NCBI GenBank assembly: GCA_013203625.1
Contig: JABMPX010000007.1
Location: 1-41,348 of the forward strand
Source of the DNA: Parcubacteria group bacterium
Lineage (GTDB): Bacteria > Patescibacteriota > Minisyncoccia > Portnoybacterales > UBA2143
DNA: 41,348 bases
Direction: 5' to 3'
A model generated the notes under the pieces. That model saw only the letters and a program-made list of their open reading frames with translations, was not told the DNA's origin and did no database searches. How positions within the stretch are numbered: the first letter of the stretch is position 1; every line of letters begins with the position of its first letter. This document shows positions 36,179 to 41,348 of the stretch, piece after piece. Made by a program: the position numbers and the translations under genes.

Positions 36179-36313
36179 TTACTTCCTCTTAATAATCCTT
36201 TGTAATCTAAAAACACTCTTGCCAGAAACCTTCATTTTTGGCTTTTTCTTTTTTTCTCTTTGCTTTGCCTTGTTTTTAACTTTTTCCTCAATTTCTTCCA
36301 AATTATTTTTCAT
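36179..36313 (-). CDS. small lysine-rich ORF (44 aa), hypothetical
   Basis: Hand translation: MKNNLEEIEEKVKNKAKQREKKKKPKMKVSGKSVFRLQRIIKRK. A TATAAT box lies 6 nt upstream of the ATG (leaderless geometry). The ORF is below the ORF-track cutoff. Confidence 0.35.
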   Translation of the reverse strand: MKNNLEEIEEKVKNKAKQREKKKKPKMKVSGKSVFRLQRIIKRK

Positions 36314-36392
36314 ATTCTGATTATAGCATTAACTATTATTATACACAAATTCACTCTTGACAAACCCAACCATCTTATGCTAATATATAACC

Positions 36393-36510
36393 AAGTCCTT
36401 GTTCGTATTTTGCCTATTTCTGGCTTCGACCTCCGTGGCCATAAAGTAATCCCAGTGCCAAAATGATTCGAAGGGGAAAGAGTAAAAACAACAAGGACTC
36501 TTTCTTTTGT
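36393..36510 (+). ncRNA. candidate structured small RNA closed by a 10-bp terminal helix
   Basis: TTGACA(36357)-N18-TAATAT(36381) places the transcription start at the 5' arm AGTCCTTGTT (36394-36403). This arm pairs perfectly with AACAAGGACT (36490-36499) and is followed by CTTTCTTTTGT. Inner helices: ATTTTG/CAAAAT and CTGG/CCAG. Confidence 0.45.
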
Positions 36511-36517
36511 CTAAAAA

Positions 36518-36546
36518 TTGACAATTAAACTTTAATGTTTTAAAAT
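36518..36546 (+). promoter_or_regulatory. sigma70-type promoter of the ncRNA-RT unit
   Basis: TTGACA-N17-TAAAAT. The predicted start at about 36551-36553 coincides with the 5' arm of the closing helix of the GC-rich element. Confidence 0.55.
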
Positions 36547-36550
36547 CAAA

Positions 36551-36719
36551 GTAGATCAAGGAGCAGGCTTGCCAACTGCGGTGATACTAACCGCGAGGCA
36601 GTCAGTATCTGACTGCTGGAGAATTATCTATTACTCTCGGCGGCTTCCTGCTGAAGCAGCCCCGCCCTGAAGAAGAAGCTTACTCTATGAGGGTCGCCTA
36701 AGACGACCCTCAGATCTGT
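36551..36719 (+). ncRNA. GC-rich structured RNA immediately upstream of the RT (candidate retron msr-msd-type ncRNA)
   Basis: About 53% GC by hand count, in AT-rich surroundings. Four hairpins: 36578-36594, 36598-36616, 36639-36666 and 36688-36712. Closing helix GTAGATC/GATCTGT. No ORF. Confidence 0.55.
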
Positions 36720-36757
36720 TCTTTAATAAAAATCCATAAGAAAAGGAGGATTTAGTA

Positions 36758-37927
36758 ATGATTAGTAAAGATCTATTGACTAGTGTTTTAGATTGGCCAG
36801 AAGAGAAAATCAATAAAGCTGTTCTTTTTAAAGATAGCTATAGACTGATAAACAGAAAGAAGAAAGATGGTTCTTTAAGAAAGATATATGCTCCTCATCC
36901 AGACTTGAAAAGATTCCAGAGAAGATTTCTTAAATATTTTCTCTACCGAATACCACTTATTTCATCTCTTCCCATTAATGGTTTTAGACCTAAATTTTCT
37001 TATATTGATAATACTAAGGAGCATGCTCAAAAAAATGTCAGGTTTGTTTTACGGTTAGATTTCAGAGATGCTTTTCCTTCGGTTAAAATAGAATACCTTA
37101 GAATTATTCTTAAAAAAGTTTTATTTTTAGAAGTGAAGGGGTATATGGAAAAGAATTACAGACAAAGGCCTTTATTTCCAAATAAGAGAGTTCAATGGTT
37201 TCGAAAATTGCTTAGAGATTTACCCCAGCTCAATCTATTTTCTGTTGACCCTTTAAAAATATTAGATGAGTTTGTTGAGCTGATTCTCCCACTGATTACT
37301 TATCAAGGGAAACTTCCTCAAGGAGCTTCCACCTCGCCTTGTCTTCTTAATATTGTTCTTTGTTATTCAGGTCTTTTAGAAAAAATCTATCAATTTCTCT
37401 GGGATAATAGAATTTTGTTTTCTGAAAATGATGTATCTATGGTTAATTCTACCATCTATGCTGATGATTTAACGATTTCTTCTTCAGAGCCGATTTCTCG
37501 AAGCTCGATTAATCAGTTGATTGATTTAATTGAACAAGAATCGCCTTTTAAAATTAATCGGCAAAAGATTTCTTATTTTAATCGAGCACGGATTGCCCCT
37601 TTAGTCACTGGTCTTCGTATAGTTAGATTAGTTAAGGAAGAAATAGAATTAGAAAATTTCTTATCAAATAAAGACTTGACTTACAAGCAGAAGAAAAACA
37701 TTCTCCGGAGAACGCTCAATAAAAAAGGGAAATGGATTATTACTTCAGTTAGCTTGCCTAAGAAGCAAATCAGAAGAATTCGCGGATTAATTTACAGGGC
37801 TATATCTGAAAAGGCGCTTGCTCCAATTATAGACGGCCATATGGCTAATCTCAAAGCTATCTATGGCCAGAACCTTCCTAATCAAATAATGGTTCCTTAT
37901 AAAAAATATCTAATAACAGAGGGCTAG
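36758..37927 (+). CDS. reverse transcriptase, retron-type
   Basis: RT domains 1-7 are present: KKDGSLRKIYAP, NGFRPKFSYIDNTKEH, LDFRDAFPSV, LPQGASTSPCLLN, YADDLTIS, and INRQKISYF. PLVTGLRIV shows VTG in place of the group II FLG. AGGAGG lies 8 nt upstream. Confidence 0.85.
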   Translation: MISKDLLTSVLDWPEEKINKAVLFKDSYRLINRKKKDGSLRKIYAPHPDLKRFQRRFLKYFLYRIPLISSLPINGFRPKFSYIDNTKEHAQKNVRFVLRLDFRDAFPSVKIEYLRIILKKVLFLEVKGYMEKNYRQRPLFPNKRVQWFRKLLRDLPQLNLFSVDPLKILDEFVELILPLITYQGKLPQGASTSPCLLNIVLCYSGLLEKIYQFLWDNRILFSENDVSMVNSTIYADDLTISSSEPISRSSINQLIDLIEQESPFKINRQKISYFNRARIAPLVTGLRIVRLVKEEIELENFLSNKDLTYKQKKNILRRTLNKKGKWIITSVSLPKKQIRRIRGLIYRAISEKALAPIIDGHMANLKAIYGQNLPNQIMVPYKKYLITEG

Positions 37928-37948
37928 GAGATAATCTCCCAGCCCTTT
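37921..37948 (+). terminator. hairpin overlapping the RT stop codon (probable terminator)
   Basis: GGGCTAGGAGA/TCTCCCAGCCC, 10 of 11 bp paired, followed by TTT. Confidence 0.45.
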
Positions 37949-37952
37949 AAAA

Positions 37953-37981
37953 TTGACCAAATCTAGCTAGTAAAGTATTAT
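37953..37981 (+). promoter_or_regulatory. sigma70-type promoter of the yjbQ operon
   Basis: AATTGACCAAAT...-N17-TATTAT. It is near-identical to the 36-bp module at 40345-40380. Confidence 0.55.
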
Positions 37982-37999
37982 TAAAGCAGAGGGCTTAAA

Positions 38000-38404
38000 A
38001 TGAAAATAACAATCTCCACCAAAGGACATAATGATATTATTGACATTACTGATAAAGTAGCTGAAAAAGTCAAAGAATCCAAAGTTGAACAGGGGATTGT
38101 TTTAGTATTTGTGCCACATCAAACCTGCGCTATTAGTGTTTTAGAATATGAACCCGGCCTAATACAAGACCTTAAAGATTTGCTTAATAAAATAGCCCCG
38201 CTCAAAGGGGATTATGAGCATAATAAGGCATGGGGTGATGGCAATGGAGCAGCGCATTTATTAGCTTCTTTAATCAAGCCTGATTTAACAGTTCCTTTGG
38301 AAAATAATCATCTTATTCTTGGAACCTGGCAAAAAATCATTCTGCTTGATTTTGACAACCGTGCCTGCGAAAGAGAAGTAAATATTACAATTATTGCGAA
38401 TTAA
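38000..38404 (+). CDS. yjbQ: YjbQ/UPF0047-family protein (secondary thiamine-phosphate synthase-like)
   Basis: HQTCAISVLEYEPGL..., YEHN...NGAAHLLASL, and LGTWQKIILLDFD match the family pattern. Confidence 0.8.
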   Translation: MKITISTKGHNDIIDITDKVAEKVKESKVEQGIVLVFVPHQTCAISVLEYEPGLIQDLKDLLNKIAPLKGDYEHNKAWGDGNGAAHLLASLIKPDLTVPLENNHLILGTWQKIILLDFDNRACEREVNITIIAN

Positions 38405-38407
38405 AAA

Positions 38408-38974
38408 ATGAACTACAAAAACTATATTTATTCTTTTCGGTATTTTATTCTAGTATCTTTGCTTATTTTTTCTTTTTCCATAATCTACGGCTGTATAACG
38501 GCCCAAGTCTCGCCTGAGCAAACAAAGGCAATTATAGAGGAATTTAAGGATGTTTATAAGCCAATTTTACAAGCTTCTCCTTTTGTCCAATTCTTGCTTG
38601 TTTTTTTGAATAATGCCTTTGCTGCATTTTTAGTTATTGTTTTATCCATTATCTTCGGCATTGTTCCTGTTTTGGCCTTGGTTTCTAATGGTTTTCTTTT
38701 AGGAATCTTTGCTTTTCTCTGGACACAGGAATTTTCTCTATTTACGTTTTTTAAAGGAATTCTGCCTCATGGGATTATAGAAATTCCTGTTTTAATTGTT
38801 GCTTCAGCTATTGGATTAAAAATTGGATATATTGTTTTTATAAGAGTTTTTAGAAAACAAGGTGAAATAAAGCTGGAAATTATTAATGGTCTTAATTTTT
38901 TCATTAGAATTCTTCTGCCTTTAATTCTGATTGCCGCTGCCATTGAAATCTTTATCACTCCATTATTTTTTTAA
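38408..38974 (+). CDS. SpoIIM-like integral membrane protein
   Basis: Five to six TM segments with the GILPHGIIEIPVLIVASAIGL motif of the stage II sporulation protein M family. Confidence 0.65.
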   Translation: MNYKNYIYSFRYFILVSLLIFSFSIIYGCITAQVSPEQTKAIIEEFKDVYKPILQASPFVQFLLVFLNNAFAAFLVIVLSIIFGIVPVLALVSNGFLLGIFAFLWTQEFSLFTFFKGILPHGIIEIPVLIVASAIGLKIGYIVFIRVFRKQGEIKLEIINGLNFFIRILLPLILIAAAIEIFITPLFF

Positions 38975-38980
38975 TAAAAT

Positions 38981-39598
38981 ATGACTATTCAAATAATAAA
39001 AAATAAAAGCAATTTGCCAGACAATGAGATGGGAAGAATAATGGCAGAATATGAATTAAAGCTTGAAATTCCAAAAGAAAAGTTGGAAAGACAGATTATG
39101 ATTTGTCCAGTTGGAATTATTGGGGCAGGCAAGACAACAGTAATTAAGTCATTAAGCAAGAAATTGAATTTATTATGCATTTCTACTGATGGAATCAGAG
39201 AATTATTAAAAGAAAATAATTACGATTATGAGAGAGCCAAAGAAATAGCAGTTAGGTTGGCTGAAAAGTATATTAAGAAAAATTTTAGCATTGGATTAAA
39301 TACAGATTGCGTATCAGAAGAATCGCAAAGATATATCAGACAATTTAAGGATAAATACAATGTTAAAGTTTTTTGGATTCATATTAATCCTCCAGAGGAA
39401 TTTATTATTAATAAGTTACGGAATTATAAACATACTTGGCTGTTTAAAAATGCTGAACATGCAGTAGGGGCTTATAAAAGAAGAAAAGCGGCTCATAAAA
39501 ATCTGAATTTTCCTTTTATTTATACTTTTGACCCATCTCGCGATGATTTAGAAAATCAGATTGACGAAGTTATTTCTATTATTAAAAAAAATAAATAA
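38981..39598 (+). CDS. P-loop NTPase/kinase-like protein (AAA_33/zeta-toxin-like size class)
   Basis: Walker A GIIGAGKTT in a 205-aa protein. It is tightly packed behind the SpoIIM-like gene. Confidence 0.6.
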   Translation: MTIQIIKNKSNLPDNEMGRIMAEYELKLEIPKEKLERQIMICPVGIIGAGKTTVIKSLSKKLNLLCISTDGIRELLKENNYDYERAKEIAVRLAEKYIKKNFSIGLNTDCVSEESQRYIRQFKDKYNVKVFWIHINPPEEFIINKLRNYKHTWLFKNAEHAVGAYKRRKAAHKNLNFPFIYTFDPSRDDLENQIDEVISIIKKNK

Positions 39599-39720
39599 AA
39601 AAGAGGACGATGCCTTTGGATAAAATCTCACGTAGTTTTTTATTGTATTGACAATAAGCATGCTTTTATGGCATACTTGTTTTAGTTCTTAAATAAAAAC
39701 ATTTTAAAAGGAGGATGAAA

Positions 39721-40290
39721 ATGGAAGAACAAAAAGTTATTTTTTTGAAAGGAAGGAAATCAGTTCTCCGTCCACTTAACAAAGAAACAGATTTGCAATC
39801 TTGTTTGCGCTGGATTAATGATCAGGATGTTATCCAATATGTAAGCGCGTATCTGCCAAGTTCAACACAGGACGAAGAAGAATGGTTTAATAATCTGCAG
39901 AAAAGAAAAGAAGACATTGTGCTGGGGATTGAGACATTAGTCGGAGAGTTTATTGGGGTAACTGGGTTGCATAATATCAATTGGAAAGACAGAACTGCTT
40001 CTCATGGAGTTATTGTCGGAGAAAAAAAGTATTGGGGCAGAGGTTATGGCACAGACGCTAATATGGTTTTACTCGATTATGCTTTTAATACTCTTAATCT
40101 TCGTAGAATCTATTCTAGTGTAATTGCCTTTAACGAAAGAAGTTTGCAGTACCATCTTACCTGCGGATATCAAATTGAGGGAGTACAGCGCAAGCAAGCA
40201 TATAAAAAAGGGAAATATTGGGATGTAATCTTCCTTGGTGTTTTTGAAGAAGAATGGTTACTTGCTTCTGGGGAATACCAAAAAAAGTAA
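39721..40290 (+). CDS. GNAT-family N-acetyltransferase (RimJ/RimL-like)
   Basis: LRPL...D, GYWGRGYGT and the N-terminal pattern fit RimJ/L-type GNATs. I chose the second ATG for its 6-nt spacing to AAAGGAGG. Confidence 0.75.
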   Translation: MEEQKVIFLKGRKSVLRPLNKETDLQSCLRWINDQDVIQYVSAYLPSSTQDEEEWFNNLQKRKEDIVLGIETLVGEFIGVTGLHNINWKDRTASHGVIVGEKKYWGRGYGTDANMVLLDYAFNTLNLRRIYSSVIAFNERSLQYHLTCGYQIEGVQRKQAYKKGKYWDVIFLGVFEEEWLLASGEYQKK

Positions 40291-40306
40291 ATAATTTTCA
40301 GCAATT

Positions 40307-40345
40307 AAGCTGGCGCAACGAAAAGAAACACGCGCCAGCTTTTTA
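40307..40345 (+). terminator. intrinsic terminator
   Basis: AAGCTGGCGC/GCGCCAGCTT stem followed by TTTT. Confidence 0.75.
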
Positions 40346-40346
40346 A

Positions 40347-40375
40347 TTGACCAAATACAGCTAAAAAGGTATTAT
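40347..40375 (+). promoter_or_regulatory. sigma70-type promoter with no ORF behind it
   Basis: TTGACC-N17-TATTAT, a duplicate of the yjbQ promoter module. It is followed by about 150 nt of non-coding, GC-enriched sequence. Confidence 0.5.
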
Positions 40376-40537
40376 TAAAGTAAGAATTTATGACTCAAGA
40401 GGCTTGTCCTTGAAAAAAGATAAGAGGTTTGACATTGAGAGTAGCGACATTACGCCAGAGGCGGAAGGTCACGCTCGAAAGGTCGAACCTTGATTATTAA
40501 ATCTATGCCTAAAAAACTCAAAATCAGCGATATTCAC

Positions 40538-40587
40538 TTGACACAGGTATAATATAGGTATAATATAGGTATAATTATACCTATAAT
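40538..40587 (+). promoter_or_regulatory. promoter/operator region of the Fic gene
   Basis: TTGACA-N17-TAATAT. AGGTATAATAT occurs as an 11-bp tandem repeat in about three copies. The perfect palindrome GGTATAATTATACC lies at 40568-40581. A further TATAAT lies 8 nt before the ATG. Confidence 0.5.
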
Positions 40588-40595
40588 GATTAAAT

Positions 40596-41348
40596 ATGAT
40601 TTATAAACTAGAAAAACCAGATTTGTCAAAAATTAATAGAAATAGGGCAATTAGGCTCGTTTTAAATAGAGAAAAACAAAGCATTTCAACTCTATTTAAT
40701 AAATCCTTTAGTCCTATTTATTTGTATTGGGATAAAATAAAATACAAAACACTACCTAAGAATATTTCTAAGGAAGAATTTTGGTATGCGATTAAATTTA
40801 TAAGACGCGCTCAACACTTAAAAACAGTTATTAAAAATGAAAATGGAGATTATTTTAAATGGTTGAGATTGCCTGATTTAGAACAGTTTCTTCATGAAGC
40901 AGATCTAAATACAGGAGGAGCTCTTTTTGGCTTTACAAAATCAATAGATGAGAAAACAAAGTATAAATTTATTTCAAGAGGAATAATAGAAGAAGCCATA
41001 GCTTCATCTCAATTAGAAGGAGCTAATACTACTCGTAGAGTTGCTAAACAGATGTTGAGAGAAAGAAGAAAACCAAGAACAGATGATGAACAAATGATTC
41101 TTAATAATTATATAGCTATGCAGGCCATTGAAGAAGAGTATAAAAACCAGAAAATTAGTTTAGATTTGCTTTTTGAATTACATAGATTAATTGCTAAAGA
41201 TACTATTAAAGAAGATGAGGTTGGGAGATTTAGAAAAGATAGTGAAGATATAGTAGTTGCAAATTCAGACAAAAGCGGAAAAATTTATCATATTCCTCCA
41301 AAAGCTGCTTTTATTAAAAAAGAAATTCAGGATTTTATTCAATTTGCA
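40596..41348 (+). CDS. Fic-family protein, N-terminal part (runs off the window end)
   Basis: Hand translation is open to the window end: MIYKLEKPDL...IASSQLEGANTTRRVAKQML...LHRLIAKDT...VGRFRKD. This is the typical N-terminal region of long Fic/DOC proteins. The HxFx(D/E)GNGR motif would lie beyond the window. Confidence 0.7.
   Translation, partial: MIYKLEKPDLSKINRNRAIRLVLNREKQSISTLFNKSFSPIYLYWDKIKYKTLPKNISKEEFWYAIKFIRRAQHLKTVIKNENGDYFKWLRLPDLEQFLHEADLNTGGALFGFTKSIDEKTKYKFISRGIIEEAIASSQLEGANTTRRVAKQMLRERRKPRTDDEQMILNNYIAMQAIEEEYKNQKISLDLLFELHRLIAKDTIKEDEVGRFRKDSEDIVVANSDKSGKIYHIPPKAAFIKKEIQDFIQFA

Noticed and set aside
36096-36466. Plus-strand ORFs 36096..36320 and 36260..36466 from the ORF track.
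   Set aside because: They read through the repeat/hairpin cluster, the antisense of the lysine-rich small ORF, and the promoter and structured-RNA region. Their translations are low-complexity (FFFFSLCFALFLTF...) and there is no Shine-Dalgarno.
36653-36661. GAAGCAGCC in the GC-rich element, reminiscent of the SRP (4.5S) RNA domain IV motif.
   Set aside because: The surrounding sequence cannot form the conserved GNAR tetraloop and symmetric/asymmetric loop arrangement. The hairpin here is CTGC-TGAA-GCAG inside GGCGG/CCGCC, and the element sits as the leader of the RT gene.
36551-36719. A DRT2-like 'never-ending ORF' template in the upstream RNA.
   Set aside because: By hand scan, stop codons occur in all three sense frames (for example 36582, 36610 and 36668), and multiple TTA/CTA/TCA triplets give antisense stops. 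No stop-free repeat unit is evident.
36758-37927. The RT as a group II intron maturase or a diversity-generating retroelement RT.
   Set aside because: I saw no domain V/VI-like RNA or intron boundaries flanking the gene, and no X/En domains. Motif 4 is QGASTSP rather than the DGR-type (I/L)GxxxSQ. I noticed no template/variable repeat pair in the window. VTG replaces FLG, as in retron RTs.
1575-39180. About twenty 60-97-aa ORFs nested antisense or out of frame inside long conserved genes. Examples: 1575..1760, 6855..7049, 10322..10597, 13428..13721, 13657..13842, 21069..21332, 22069..22254, 22907..23089, 24556..24747, 25260..25478, 25282..25467, 26624..26809, 27654..27845, 31341..31556, 31721..31990, 31830..32015, 32145..32327, 33963..34193, 38767..38958 and 38989..39180.
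   Set aside because: Each lies wholly within a longer ORF that has clear family motifs. They lack Shine-Dalgarno or promoter context, and their composition is low-complexity, as expected from reading AT-rich coding DNA in the wrong frame.

Overview
AT-rich (about one-third GC by eye), gene-dense bacterial window with short or overlapping intergenic gaps. The content looks like a reduced-genome, fermentative Patescibacteria/CPR-type organism; this assignment is an inference. Supporting genes: split transketolase, cupin-type glucose-6-phosphate isomerase, a four-subunit group-3b-like [NiFe] hydrogenase with hypC, trxB plus glutaredoxin, and a gap-rpiB-rpe-tkt-pfkB-fba-ferredoxin sugar-phosphate operon. 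Housekeeping genes include tgt (5' truncated by the window edge), cysS, rnhB, mtaD-like deaminase, rplY, rnj, secG and tRNA-Leu(CAG). Five regions are non-routine. (1) 36.0-41.3 kb is an accessory-looking region. It holds a self-contained promoter / GC-rich structured RNA / retron-type reverse transcriptase / terminator module. It also holds a second promoter-driven structured RNA, island-specific repeat families, and a run of toxin-like enzymes (P-loop kinase, GNAT, Fic). (2) A radical SAM/SPASM maturase is co-transcribed with an unannotated 46-aa peptide (candidate RiPP). It sits next to an HExxH protein and an ABC exporter interrupted by one in-frame TGA. (3) rnhB carries a LAGLIDADG intein in its active-site motif and a separate in-frame palindromic insertion. 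(4) An 83-bp duplication of the trxB 5' end brackets a 1-kb inserted gene. (5) The hydrogenase large subunit ends exactly at the DPCxxCxxH histidine. All calls come from reading the sequence and the ORF translations; no database search was run.
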